Part shown: piece after piece, positions 44,198 through 55,838 of the stretch
How the letters are laid out: each line of letters opens with the position of its first letter
Position numbering within the stretch: the first letter of the stretch is position 1
Assembly (NCBI GenBank): GCA_036510065.1
Contig: DATCEO010000112.1
Location: 66,720 to 130,719, forward strand
DNA length: 64,000 bases
Direction: 5' to 3'
Origin: Streptosporangiaceae bacterium
GTDB taxonomy: Bacteria > Actinomycetota > Actinomycetes > Streptosporangiales > Streptosporangiaceae
Made by a program: the position numbers and the translations under genes
Notes under the pieces: generated by a model
What the model saw: the letters and a program-made list of their open reading frames with translations, nothing else
Database searches by the model: none
Told to the model about the DNA's origin: nothing

Positions 44198-44526
44198 GAC
44201 ACCGCTGATCATGACGGCGGTGACCATGACGTGGGCGGCCGTGACCGCGGCGGCCGTGCTGAGCACGGGGCTCCTCCCTCGGGGTCCGCGCCCCTGGTTG
44301 CGGTAACGACGACGGCCGGAGTCTGCTGGCCTGACCACGCCAGACGCGGTCGGCTGTGCTCCCTGACCGCCGTGGTCCTGACGAGAGTGCCCGGCGCTGT
44401 GCGGCGCGTCAAGTCCGCGCCGTGCGCCTGCCGCGGGACGGCCGGCCACCGCGCCGCGGGACCGGTCGGCGGGCGCGCCGCGGGGGCGGCTGGCCGGCGC
44501 GCCGCGGCCGGGGCCAAGATAGGGCC

Positions 44527-45498
44527 ATGCGAGCTGTCGTGGTTGATAAGCATGGTGGTCCGGACGTCCTGCGGCCGGAGCAGTGGCCTGACCCGACTCC
44601 GGGGCCGGGCCAGATCCTGGTCGACGTGGCGGCGGCCGGGGTCAACTTCATGGACATCTATCAGCGCGAGGGCCGCCCGCCCTACGGCGGCAACCTGCCG
44701 TACGTGCCGGGCAGCGAGGGCGCCGGGGCGGTCGCGGCCATCGGCCCCGGGGTATCGGACCTCGCCGTGGGAGACGGGGTGGCCTGGTGCGGGCTGCCGG
44801 GCTCCTACGCCGAGCGGGCCGTCCTGCCGGCCGATCGCGTCGTTCCCGTGCCCGAGGGCCTGGACCTGGAGATCGCCGCCGCCGTCATGCTGCAGGGGAT
44901 GACCGCGCACTACCTGTGCCACAGCACCTATCCGGTGGCCTCCGGCGACGTGACCGTGGTGCACGCCGCCGCGGGCGGCGTCGGGCTGCTGCTGACGCAG
45001 ATGGTCGTCATGCGCGGCGGCGTGGTCGTGGCCACCACCTCGACGCAGGCCAAGGCCAAGCTGGCCGCCGAGGCAGGCGCGCAGCATGTAACGAGCTACG
45101 AGAACTTCGGCGCGGTGGCGGCGGAGGTCAGCGGCGGGCCGGGCGCCGCGGTGGTCTACGACGGGGTCGGGCAGGCGACCTTCGATGCCAGCCTGGCCGC
45201 GCTGCGCCCGCGCGGGTACATGGTCTTGTACGGGGCCTCCAGCGGGCCGGTGCCGCCGTTCGATCCGCAGCGGCTCAACACCGGCGGCTCGCTGTACCTC
45301 ACCCGGCCGACGCTGGTGCACTACATCGCGCGCGGCGACGAGATGCTGCAGCGCGCCCACGACCTGTTCAGCTGGATCGCGGCTGGCCGGCTGAAGGTCC
45401 ACATCGGCGGCCGGTACCCGCTCGCCGAGGCCGCCAGGGCACAAGAAGACCTCGCCGCCCGGCGGACGACCGGGAAGCTGCTCCTGCTGCCGCACTGA
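44527..45498 (+). CDS. NADPH:quinone oxidoreductase (zeta-crystallin-like MDR family)
   Basis: MRAVVVDKHGGPDVL..., GVNFMDIYQREG, PYVPGSEGAGAV, AAGGVGLLLTQ. Start taken at ATG 44527. Confidence 0.9.
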   Translation: MRAVVVDKHGGPDVLRPEQWPDPTPGPGQILVDVAAAGVNFMDIYQREGRPPYGGNLPYVPGSEGAGAVAAIGPGVSDLAVGDGVAWCGLPGSYAERAVLPADRVVPVPEGLDLEIAAAVMLQGMTAHYLCHSTYPVASGDVTVVHAAAGGVGLLLTQMVVMRGGVVVATTSTQAKAKLAAEAGAQHVTSYENFGAVAAEVSGGPGAAVVYDGVGQATFDASLAALRPRGYMVLYGASSGPVPPFDPQRLNTGGSLYLTRPTLVHYIARGDEMLQRAHDLFSWIAAGRLKVHIGGRYPLAEAARAQEDLAARRTTGKLLLLPH

Positions 45499-45499
45499 G

Positions 45500-46120
45500 G
45501 AGAAGCGCCAGCGGATCCAGGCCGGGCTCAGCAACTCCAGGGCGATGCTGGCCAGGGCGACGATCAGCGCCGCCCGGAACTGCGGGATGAGACCATGTGA
45601 CCGGGCTCCGCCAGTCCCGGCCATGGCTCGCTGACCCGGGCGTAGCGGAGGGCAACGTCCAGCCGGGCGGTGCCCACCGACTGGGAGCGCGGGAGCAGGA
45701 ACGGTCCGAGCAGCAGCAGGAGCGCCGCGACGGGCAGGGCGACCAGGAACACCGAGCCCCACCAGAAGTGTTCGATGAGGGTACCGGCGACGATCGGAGC
45801 GAGCAGGCCGCCCGATGCGGTCGCCAAGCACGCCCATGTGATCAGCGATCCGGCTCCCAGGAACACGTAACTGTCCACGATCCACAGCAGTTGCGCAGCG
45901 CTGGGCCGCAGGTCGGCGGTGAGCCGGGGATGGCCAGGTTGAGCGCCTGTGCGTCGAACGACACCAGCAGGCACGGCAGCGCCAGCAGTCCCAGCGCCGC
46001 CCATTCGCGGACAGCGGCCGCCGGGGTCGTAGCTGGGGTTGACCTCGGTCAGGACCAGGCCCGGCGAATGACGGGTGGGCTCCAGCAGCCCTGCCCGGCG
46101 CAGGGCAGTCGGCGCCTGGT
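45500..46120 (-). pseudogene. MFS (EmrB/QacA-type) transporter remnant, frameshifted and internally deleted
   Basis: REWAALGLLALPCLLVSFDAQALNLAIP in one frame. RLTADLRPSAAQLLWIVDSYVFLGAGSLIT...LIEHFWWGSVFLVALPVAALLLLLGPFLLP in another. Only about 0.6 kb remains. Confidence 0.55.
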
Positions 46121-46125
46121 CCTGC

Positions 46126-47658
<1,533 letters not shown>

Positions 47659-47915
47659 TCATTGAGAGTGGCAAGAAGCGGGTAACCTCCTTGCCTTTGG
47701 CTTTTGTCGTCCGCTGTGGACGGACAAGCGCCTTGACCATCTCCGGTCCCCGAGCTGCGACGCGGCGAGCGGCGCAGCCGCTCCAGCTCCAGCTCCGGCA
47801 CCTGCCGCGCCAGCACGGTGACGCCGGGCAGCAGCACCCGATGACGACGCAGTCACCCCGCCGCCTGTTCGAACGGGGCCACCGGACCCTATGCCCTGCG
47901 CGGCATCGTGCCGGG

Positions 47916-48527
47916 TCATCCGCCAGCCGCCGCCGGGAGATGAACCGTCATCAGCAGCTCGGCGCCGTCACCGCCGCCTCGGTAGGAATGCGCCGCGTCG
48001 GCCGCGAAGGTGGCGGTCAGGCCGGGCCCGAGGTCGTAGCCGGTGCCGTCCACTGTAATGACGGCGGCGCCGGCGATCACGGTGACGGTCTCCACGACGC
48101 CCGGCGGGTGCGGATGGCTCTCGTAAGCCTCGCCCGCGGCCAGGTGCCACCGCCATAGCTCCACCGGTGCCGCGGTGGGCGTGGTGAGCAGCAGCCGGGC
48201 GCTGCCGCCGCCGGGTCCCCGCCAGAGCGGCTCGGTCGCCGCGGCGTCGCTGATCCGCACCCGCCGCGGGGCGCGGCGCTCGACGAGCGCCGAGACCGAG
48301 ACGCCCAGCGCGTCGGCGATCCGGACCAGCGTGGCCAGATTCGGGTTGGCCGCGGCGTTCTCGAGCGCTACCAGCGCCCCCTTGCTCACCCCGGCGCGCG
48401 CCGCGAGCTGATCGACCGACAGGCCGCGCCCGCGCCGCAGCCCGCGCACGGTCGCCGCGACCGCTGACATCACGGCGGGCTGGCCGGCCCGGTCGCCGGT
48501 CTCTGAACGGTCGTTTTGATGAACCAT
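47916..48527 (-). CDS. XRE-family HTH regulator with C-terminal cupin domain
   Basis: LSVDQLAARAGVSKGALVALENAAANPNLATLVRIADALGV, then a cupin region (HPHPPGVVETVTVIAGA...). The start may instead be ATG 48470. Confidence 0.8.
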   Translation of the reverse strand: MVHQNDRSETGDRAGQPAVMSAVAATVRGLRRGRGLSVDQLAARAGVSKGALVALENAAANPNLATLVRIADALGVSVSALVERRAPRRVRISDAAATEPLWRGPGGGSARLLLTTPTAAPVELWRWHLAAGEAYESHPHPPGVVETVTVIAGAAVITVDGTGYDLGPGLTATFAADAAHSYRGGGDGAELLMTVHLPAAAGG

Positions 48528-48549
48528 ACGGTCAGTATATGGTGGGCGG

Positions 48550-49404
48550 ATGCTCGCCGTCATCCTCGCTGTCGTCAGCTCGCTCGGGTACGGGTTGGCG
48601 GACTTCGCGGGCGGCCTGGCGACGCGGACCGTGCCGGTCCTGCGCGTCGTCGCGGTGACCGCGCCGGTCAGCCTGGCCGCCGACCTCGTGCTGCTGCCGC
48701 TGCTCGGCGGGCGCTGGTCGGCCGGGGCCCTGGCCTGGGGCGCCGCGTCCGGGCTGGCCTCGGCGGCAGCGTTCGCGCTGCTGTACCAGAGCCTGGCGCT
48801 GGGCCCGATGGGCGTGCTGTCGCCGGTGACGGCGGTCGTCTCGGCCGTGCTCCCCGCCGCGGCCGGCATCATCGAGGGCGAGCGGCTCAGCGCGCTGGCC
48901 GGCGCCGGCATCTTCCTGGCCATCCTGGCGGTGATCGCCGTCAGCGCGGGCCCGGGGGAGCGGGGCCGCCGGCCGAGCGCCACCGCCCTGGGCCTGGCCG
49001 TCACGGCCGGCGCCGCCATCGCCGCCCAGCTAGTCTGCCTGAACCAGACCCCGCACGACAGCGGGGTCGTCCCGCTGATCGTCGGGCGCGCGGTATCGGC
49101 GGCGCTGCTGCTTGGTGCGGCCAGCCTGCGCCGCGGCGGGGCGGCGGCTGGGCTGCCCAACCGGCAGCGGCGGCCCGCGTTGCGGCTGGCCGTCGGCGCG
49201 GGCATCTTCGACGCGGCCGCAAACCTCGCGTTCCTGCTCGCGGTCCGCAGCGGCAGCCTCATCGTGGTGGCGGTGATCAGCGCTCTGTATCCCGCCGGGA
49301 CCGTCCTGCTGGCCCGCCGCTTCCTCGACGAGCGGCTCACCCGCACCCAGCTCGCCGGCCTGCTCACCGCCGCGGCCGCGGTCAGCCTCCTGGCCGCAGG
49401 ATGA
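48550..49404 (+). CDS. EamA/DMT family transporter
   Basis: Ten hydrophobic segments in two EamA-like halves. Divergent from the XRE-cupin gene. Confidence 0.85.
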   Translation: MLAVILAVVSSLGYGLADFAGGLATRTVPVLRVVAVTAPVSLAADLVLLPLLGGRWSAGALAWGAASGLASAAAFALLYQSLALGPMGVLSPVTAVVSAVLPAAAGIIEGERLSALAGAGIFLAILAVIAVSAGPGERGRRPSATALGLAVTAGAAIAAQLVCLNQTPHDSGVVPLIVGRAVSAALLLGAASLRRGGAAAGLPNRQRRPALRLAVGAGIFDAAANLAFLLAVRSGSLIVVAVISALYPAGTVLLARRFLDERLTRTQLAGLLTAAAAVSLLAAG

Positions 49405-49423
49405 GCCGCGGTGAACCAGGGTC

Positions 49424-49807
49424 CTAGCCGGGCAGCGGCAGCCGCGTCCGGAGCAGGCAGAACTCGTTACCCTCGGGATCGGCGAGGACGTGCCAGCTCT
49501 CCTGGCCGCTCTGGCCGACGTCGGCCGCGGTCGCGCCGGCGGCCAGGAGCCGGGCCAGCTCGGCATCCTGGTCACGGTCTGTGGGGCTGACGTCCAGGTG
49601 CAGGGGAAGCTTGCCGGCCTTCGAGGCGGACGCCGGGCTGAACACGATCGTCGGCTGCAGGCCGCCGAAGCCGACCCCCGGCGGGCCGATCTCGATGCTG
49701 CCGTCCTGCTGCTCAAGCACGACGAACCCGAGCACCTCGCACCAGAACGCCGCCAGCCGTTCCGGCTCCCGCGCGTCTATCACGAGCTCGCTGATCCGGC
49801 AGGCCAT
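49424..49807 (-). CDS. VOC family protein (single glyoxalase-like domain)
   Basis: FWCEVLGF...LHLDVSP...SWHVLADPEGNEFCL. Same family as each half of 23408..24145. Confidence 0.8.
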   Translation of the reverse strand: MACRISELVIDAREPERLAAFWCEVLGFVVLEQQDGSIEIGPPGVGFGGLQPTIVFSPASASKAGKLPLHLDVSPTDRDQDAELARLLAAGATAADVGQSGQESWHVLADPEGNEFCLLRTRLPLPG

Positions 49808-49848
49808 ATCTCCACCCTCAGAAAGTCATCCGGTCACCGGACCGCCGG

Positions 49849-50283
49849 CTAGCCGCGCGGTCCCTGCTGCCAGACGCCGACCACGTTCCCGGCCGGGTCG
49901 CGGAACGTCGCGACCCACAGATCACCCTCGGGATAGGGGGCCATGGCCACGCTGCCGCCGCGCTCCGTGACGCTCTCCAGGATGTCGTCGAGCCGGTCCA
50001 CGTAGATGTAGGGCAGCATCCCGGAATCGCCGGAAGCGGGCCGGTCGGTGACAAAGGCGCCGATCACGTGGCCGGTTCCGTCCTCGAAGCTCGGGTGCTC
50101 GGGATGGTCGCGAACGCGCCAGCCGAACACCGAGGCGTAAAACCGCGCCGACTGACCCGGATCGGCGGCGGGAATGTGCAGGTAAGAGACGCCCGAGATG
50201 CGGAACACTCGCGACGGCCCGCCGTCCGCGGGCTGGGCCTGCGGGCTAGCTGCCGCCGGGTAATCAGTGGCCGAGGAACTCAC
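49849..50283 (-). CDS. VOC family protein (glyoxalase/bleomycin-resistance fold)
   Basis: SYLHIPAADPGQSARFYASVFGW...ATFRDPAGNVVGVWQ. Confidence 0.8.
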   Translation of the reverse strand: MSSSATDYPAAASPQAQPADGGPSRVFRISGVSYLHIPAADPGQSARFYASVFGWRVRDHPEHPSFEDGTGHVIGAFVTDRPASGDSGMLPYIYVDRLDDILESVTERGGSVAMAPYPEGDLWVATFRDPAGNVVGVWQQGPRG

Positions 50284-50336
50284 CTGCCATCCTTCCTTCC
50301 CACATCGTCAGGAACTACCGGGTAGTGGACCGGGCC

Positions 50337-51851
50337 TTAGCGCAGCCACCGCCGGTACTTGGGCCGTGAGGCGTGCCGCCAGGCCTTCCACGCGCGGCGC
50401 TGCAGGTCCAGCGCCCGGCAGGCCTCCTGCCCGTACAGCAGGCCGAACGTGAAGGCGTTGTCACCGGCCCGGTGGGCGCGCAGGCCCAGCTCCCGGATCC
50501 TCGCGCGCGCCACGAACGTGTCCTGGTGGTCGCCGAGCACGGACTGCATCGTCTTCATCCGGCTGACGTAGCGGCTGGCCGGCTTGCCGGTGACCGGCAC
50601 CATGACCTCGGCCGCGTAGCGGGCGCGCTTAGCGGCCTTCCGGGCCTCATGCAGCGCGCCATCACGCTCCGGGCCGGGCGGCCGCTGCTCGGCCCGGCCG
50701 ATGCGCTTGCCCACCCGCCGGTCGGCCTTGGCGATCGGGCCCAGCAGGGCGCTGGCGCCGCGGGCTTCGGCTTCCGTCAGCGGGGGCTCGGCCAGCAGCC
50801 CGTCCAGATCGTCGAGAAGCGCGAAGTAACGAGGCGAATCCAGGGCCTTGAGCGCCGCCCGGCGGGCGGCGGCGTTCTGCGGGGCCAGGATCTCGGTCAG
50901 GGTGGCCTGCACGGGCCCGAGGACGAGCTCCGGCGGGAGCTGCTCGACCGACGTCGTGACGTGCTCCGCGAACACCTCACCGTCCCGGGCCTCGCCCAGG
51001 ACCTGGCCGAGCCACCGGAGCTCCCCGACCAGGTGAGCGGTGGCCGCCGGGTCCACGATCACGGCGAAGCTCTGCAGGGTCGCGCGCAGCCGCCGGCTGG
51101 CCACCCGCATCTTGTGCACGGAATCCGGCTCTTCCCGGCGGATCATCGGGTCGGCGGCCCTGAGGGCATCAGCATGGGCGCTCAGGTAGGCCAGTACGAT
51201 CTCGCCCGCCGGCGATCGGGATGTCAGCCGCGGGGGGCGGGCGGGCGGCGGCAGCCGTCCGGCCAGGACTCGCTGGAGTTTCGCGGAGCGGTCGGAGGGA
51301 CGCAGTCCGGCCTCCCGCAGCCGCTTGTCGACGGCCTGCAGCAGTTTCCGGTCGCCGCCGGTGAGCTCCACCTCGATCTCGCGCCACCGCGTCAGCGCGG
51401 TGACGCTGCCCAGGCTCTGGGCGGACACGTCGTCATCGACGACCTCGGCCAGGGAGGTGCCGCCCTCGTCGAGCAGCAGCCGCCGCCGGCGCACGGTGGC
51501 GATGCGGGCCACGGGCCGCAGCGGGGAGGTGCGGGTGTACACGCGCACCAGCCGGGCCAGCTCGGCCGGCGCGCTGCGGCCGCGGCCCAGCGGAAGGTGC
51601 AGCTCGGTCCGCGAATCCGGCCCCGCCGGGAGCTTGAGATGCCAGCCCGCGTCGGAGCCGCCGCGCCGGCGGCGCAGGGTGATCCCGGCGCTGAGCAGCC
51701 GGAGGTCGTCAGTGTCGAAGTACTCAGCCTCCAGGCTGAATTCCTCCGGCTCCGAGACCGCGCCCACGTGCGGCAGGCCAGTCAGGTCGGGCAGCGCGGT
51801 GCCTGGCTCGGCCTCGTACTTGCGTTCGGTCTCGCGCATTTCGGTAAGCAT
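50337..51851 (-). CDS. CYTH and CHAD domain-containing protein
   Basis: N-terminal CYTH (ETERKYE..., FDTDDLRL, TLRRR) and C-terminal CHAD (VHKMRVASRRLRATLQ..., ALHEARKAAKRARYAAE). Confidence 0.85.
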   Translation of the reverse strand: MLTEMRETERKYEAEPGTALPDLTGLPHVGAVSEPEEFSLEAEYFDTDDLRLLSAGITLRRRRGGSDAGWHLKLPAGPDSRTELHLPLGRGRSAPAELARLVRVYTRTSPLRPVARIATVRRRRLLLDEGGTSLAEVVDDDVSAQSLGSVTALTRWREIEVELTGGDRKLLQAVDKRLREAGLRPSDRSAKLQRVLAGRLPPPARPPRLTSRSPAGEIVLAYLSAHADALRAADPMIRREEPDSVHKMRVASRRLRATLQSFAVIVDPAATAHLVGELRWLGQVLGEARDGEVFAEHVTTSVEQLPPELVLGPVQATLTEILAPQNAAARRAALKALDSPRYFALLDDLDGLLAEPPLTEAEARGASALLGPIAKADRRVGKRIGRAEQRPPGPERDGALHEARKAAKRARYAAEVMVPVTGKPASRYVSRMKTMQSVLGDHQDTFVARARIRELGLRAHRAGDNAFTFGLLYGQEACRALDLQRRAWKAWRHASRPKYRRWLR

Positions 51852-51896
51852 CAGGTCTGCCCTACCCCGCCAGCGGCAGGTGACACAATGCGCCGG

Positions 51897-54800
51897 TCAC
51901 GCCGCGGCGATGGCCGTGGCGCCGAGCAGGCTCTTGATATCGGCCATGAAGCTGCTGCTTGCCTGGACCGGGAAATCGCAGAGGTCCATGAGCAGCGGCG
52001 TGTCGCCGGAGCGCTCCAGCCTGAGCACGACCGGGGTACCGCCGGGGTGGGCGGTCAGGATGTGCCTCAGCTCGGCGGTGAGCTCGGCGGTGATCTTGTC
52101 GTGGTGCAGGGCGATGACGACCGGGGGCCCGCTGCTGCCGCGGACGGCGGCCAGGTCCAGGAGCGCGAGGTCCTGGGCGAAGATGCTGACGGTGCCGTCC
52201 CGGTCATTGATCCGGCCGCGGACGCTCACCGCCGCGTCCTCGGTCAGCTCGGCGGCGAACTGGCCGTAGACCTTGGGGAAGAACAGGACCTCGACGGCCG
52301 CGTCGAGGTCCTCGATGGTGACGATCGCCCACGGGTTGCCGCTCTTCTTGTTGATCCGCCGGTCCACCGACACGATGATGCCCGCGACCTGCACGTCGCC
52401 CTCGGCGCGGCCGGACGCGAGCAGCTCGGCGATAGCGATGTCCCGGTTCCGGGCCAGGATCCGCTCGGCGCCGTCCAGCGGATGCCCGGAGACGTACAGG
52501 CCGAGCATCTCCCGCTCGGCGGCCAGCAGCAGCTTGCGCGGCCACTCCTCGGCGGTGAGCTTGAAGTCCAGGCCGATGCGGGGCTGCGCGGCCGCGTCGC
52601 TGGGCTCGGTCGCGGCGAACAGGTCGAACTGGCCGATCGCCTCCTGGCGCTTGACGCCGATGACCGCGTCGACGGCCTGCTCCTGGACCAGGAACAGCGA
52701 CTTGCGGGTGTGGCCGAGCGAGTCGAAGGCGCCCGCCCGGATCAGCGACTCCACCACCCGCTTGTTGCAGACGGCGATCTCGGACTTGTCGAGGAAGTCC
52801 GCGAACGAGGCGTAGCTGCCCTCGCGCTGCCGGGTCAACACGATCGAGTTGACGACGTTGGCCCCGACGTTGCGGATGGCCCCGAGGCCGAACCGGATGT
52901 CGGTGCCGACCGGGGAGAAGTCCAGACGCGACTCGTTCACGTCCGGCGGCAGCACCTTGATGCCGAGCTTGCGGCACTGCGCCAGGTAGACCGCCATCCG
53001 GTCCTTGTCGTCGCCCACCGAGGTCAGCAGCGCGGACATGTACTCGGCCGGGTAGTTGGCCTTGAGGTAGGCGGTCCAGTAGGACACCATGCCGTAGCCG
53101 GCCGTATGGGACTTGTTGAACCCGTACCCGGAGAACGGCACCAGGACGTCCCAGACCGCCTTGGTCGCCTGGTCGGAGAAGCCGCTGGCCTTCATCCCGG
53201 CGGCGAACTCCTCCCAGTTCGCGTCCAGGACCTCCTTCTTCTTCTTGCCCATGGCCCGGCGCAGCAGGTCGGCCCGGCCGAGCGAGTACCCGGCCAGCTG
53301 CTGGGCGATGGCCATGACCTGCTCCTGGTACACGACCAGGTGATAGGTCTCCCCGAGAATGGGCTCCAGGGCCCGCTCCAGCTCGGGATGGATCGGCTCG
53401 ACCTTCTGCCGCCCGTTCTTGCGGTCGGCGTAGTTGATGTGGGTGTTGGCCGCCATCGGGCCGGGCCGGTACAGCGCCAGCACGGCCGCGATGTCGCCGA
53501 AGGCCGTCGGCGCCATCAGCTTCAGCAGGCTGCGCATCGGGCCGCCGTCGAGCTGGAAGACGCCGAGGGTGTCGCCGCGGGCCAGCAGTTCGTAGGTGGG
53601 CTTGTCGTCCAGGGGGAGCTGGTCCAGCTCGATGTCGATGCCCCGGTTGGCGCTGACGTTGGCGATCGCGTCGGCGATCACCGTCAGGTTCCGCAGCCCG
53701 AGGAAGTCCATCTTGAGCAGCCCCATGTCCTCGCACTGGACAAAGGGGAACCCGGTGATGATGGCGCCGTCGTCCTCGCGGCGGTGAATCGGCAGCACGT
53801 CCGCCAGCGGCTCGGACGACAAGATCACGCCGGCGGCGTGCACGCCGGTGCCCCGGGTCAGCCCCTCGATCCCGCGGGCCGTGTCGAGGATCTTCTTGAC
53901 CTCGGCGTCCTCCTCGTACAGCGCGCGCAGCTCGCCGGCCTCGCTGTAGCGGTCGTGGCTGGGGTCGAAGATCCCCGATAGCGGGATTTCCTTGCCCATG
54001 ACCGCGCCCGGGAACACCTTGGTGATCTTGTCGCCCAGCGCGTACGGGAAGCCGAGGACCCGGCAGGCGTCCTTGACGGCGGCCTTGGCCTTGATGGTGC
54101 CGAAGGTCAGGATCTGGCAGACCCGGTCGTCGCCGTACTTCTCCGTGACATAACGGATCATGTCACCGCGGCCGCGCTCATCGAAGTCCAGGTCGATGTC
54201 GGGCATCGTGACCCGCTCGGGGTTGAGGAACCGCTCGAAGATCAGCGAGTGCTCGATCGGATCCAGGTCGGTGATGCCCAGGACGTAAGCGACCATCGAT
54301 CCGGTGGCCGAGCCGCGGCCGGGGCCCAGCCCGATCTTGGCGCGCCGGGCGTAGTGGCAGATGTCGGCCACGACCAGGAAGTAGGCCGGGAAGCCCATCC
54401 TCTCGATAACGCCGAGCTCGTACTCGATGCGGTCCAGGACCTCGCGGGAGGGCCGGTCGCCGAAGCGCTGTCCCACGCCGTCGGCCACTTCCTTGCGCAG
54501 CCAGGAGGACTGCGTCTCGCCGTCGGGCACCGGGTACTTCGGCATCCGGTCGACATGGGTGAACACCTCGTCGTAGGGCTGCACCCGCTCGGCGATCAGC
54601 AGGGAGCTGTCACAGGCGCCGGGCACCTGCTCGTCCCAGATCCGGCGCATGTCGTCCGGGCTCTTGATGTAGTAGCCGTCGCCGTCGAGCTTGAACCGCT
54701 TCGGGTCATCGATGGTCTTGCCGGTGCCGATGCAGAGCAGCACCTCGTGCGACGCCGACTGGTCCTTGGTGACGTAGTGGCTGTCGTTAGTCGCCAGCGG

Positions 54801-55466
54801 ACGCAGGCCGAGCTTCTGGCCAATGTCCAGCAGGCCGGCCCGGACCGACCGCTCGATCGCCAGCCCGTGCTCCATCAGCTCCAGGAAGAAGTTCTCCGGG
54901 CCGAAGATGTCGCGGTAAGTGGCGGCCGCCTCCAGGGCCTTGGCCGGCTGGCCGAGCCGCAGCCGGGTCTGCACCTCGCCGGACGGGCAGCCGGTGGTCG
55001 CGATGATGCCCTCGGAGAGCTCGGCGATCAGCTCGCGGTCCATCCGCGGCTTGCGGTAGAAGCCCTCCAGCGACGCCCGGCTCGACAGCCGGAACAGGTT
55101 GCGCAGCCCGGTAGCGCTGGCGGCCAGCATGGTCATGTGGGTATAGGCGCCGCCGCCGGAGACGTCGCCGCCCTCGCCGTCCATGTCCACGTCGCGGCGG
55201 CCGCTCTCGCCCCAGAACACCGGCTTCTTGTGGAACCGGGACTCCGGGGCCACGTAGGCCTCGATGCCGATGATCGGCTTGACGCCGGCCTTGCTGCCCT
55301 GCTGGAAGAATTCGTAGGCGCCGAACATGTTGCCGTGATCGGTCATCCCGACGGCGGGCATGCCGAGCCGGGCGGCCTCGGCCATCAGGGGGGTGATCTT
55401 GGCGGCGCCATCCAGCATCGAGTACTCGGTGTGCACGTGCAGATGTACGTACGAACTCGCCGCCAC
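51897..55466 (-). CDS. dnaE: DNA polymerase III subunit alpha
   Basis: 1189 aa with PHP domain [14 protein letters not shown]...MTDHGNMFG, the polymerase core and an OB fold. GTG start preceded by a GAGGAGGG SD. Confidence 0.97.
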   Translation of the reverse strand: MAASSYVHLHVHTEYSMLDGAAKITPLMAEAARLGMPAVGMTDHGNMFGAYEFFQQGSKAGVKPIIGIEAYVAPESRFHKKPVFWGESGRRDVDMDGEGGDVSGGGAYTHMTMLAASATGLRNLFRLSSRASLEGFYRKPRMDRELIAELSEGIIATTGCPSGEVQTRLRLGQPAKALEAAATYRDIFGPENFFLELMEHGLAIERSVRAGLLDIGQKLGLRPLATNDSHYVTKDQSASHEVLLCIGTGKTIDDPKRFKLDGDGYYIKSPDDMRRIWDEQVPGACDSSLLIAERVQPYDEVFTHVDRMPKYPVPDGETQSSWLRKEVADGVGQRFGDRPSREVLDRIEYELGVIERMGFPAYFLVVADICHYARRAKIGLGPGRGSATGSMVAYVLGITDLDPIEHSLIFERFLNPERVTMPDIDLDFDERGRGDMIRYVTEKYGDDRVCQILTFGTIKAKAAVKDACRVLGFPYALGDKITKVFPGAVMGKEIPLSGIFDPSHDRYSEAGELRALYEEDAEVKKILDTARGIEGLTRGTGVHAAGVILSSEPLADVLPIHRREDDGAIITGFPFVQCEDMGLLKMDFLGLRNLTVIADAIANVSANRGIDIELDQLPLDDKPTYELLARGDTLGVFQLDGGPMRSLLKLMAPTAFGDIAAVLALYRPGPMAANTHINYADRKNGRQKVEPIHPELERALEPILGETYHLVVYQEQVMAIAQQLAGYSLGRADLLRRAMGKKKKEVLDANWEEFAAGMKASGFSDQATKAVWDVLVPFSGYGFNKSHTAGYGMVSYWTAYLKANYPAEYMSALLTSVGDDKDRMAVYLAQCRKLGIKVLPPDVNESRLDFSPVGTDIRFGLGAIRNVGANVVNSIVLTRQREGSYASFADFLDKSEIAVCNKRVVESLIRAGAFDSLGHTRKSLFLVQEQAVDAVIGVKRQEAIGQFDLFAATEPSDAAAQPRIGLDFKLTAEEWPRKLLLAAEREMLGLYVSGHPLDGAERILARNRDIAIAELLASGRAEGDVQVAGIIVSVDRRINKKSGNPWAIVTIEDLDAAVEVLFFPKVYGQFAAELTEDAAVSVRGRINDRDGTVSIFAQDLALLDLAAVRGSSGPPVVIALHHDKITAELTAELRHILTAHPGGTPVVLRLERSGDTPLLMDLCDFPVQASSSFMADIKSLLGATAIAAA

Positions 55467-55838
55467 GAACCCTCCTCGCCACCCCGGACTGAGGTCACCC
55501 TAGACCCACCCGAGGGGCCGGCTGGGGATGGTTTGCGGAGTGTCTGAGACCGGTTCGGAGTGTCCCCGCCCGACTGCGCGCCGTGGCGGCGAGCCGGGGT
55601 CGCCAGGCGGCGGAACCTGGCGTCAGCTGGCCAGCAGGACGGCTGGCGGGAGGCAGACCAAGGCCACCGCCGCGGCGCAGACGGCGGCGGCGCGGAGCCG
55701 GGACAGTGGCGGCGGGGGAGCGGCGAGCCGGGCCGCGCGCGCCGCGATCTGGCTGTCGGGGGCGCCGCGTCGGCGAGACGGCGCAGCGCCGCGGCCAGCG
55801 CTCCGGGGCGACGGCAGCCGCCGCTGAGCTGACCGGGA

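Noticed and set aside
44230-44430. Possible cobalamin riboswitch in the 360-bp region upstream of bluB-cobT (the minus strand contains GGTCAGGGAGCA and GCCAGCAGACTCCGGCC).
   Set aside because: I could not find the conserved core elements in the right order and orientation: the GGTG-GAATCC pairing, CCGCAACGGTA, and a convincing B12 box AGYCAGGAGACCTGCC. The resemblance is limited to short GC-rich strings. A covariance-model search (Rfam RF00174) would settle it.
55520-55600. Repeated CGGAGTGTC (two copies, 20 bp apart) upstream of dnaE as a LexA/SOS or RecA-NDp element.
   Set aside because: It does not match the actinobacterial SOS box (TCGAAC-N4-GTTCGA) as I know it. dnaE1 is not expected to be SOS-regulated. 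It is too short to exclude chance.
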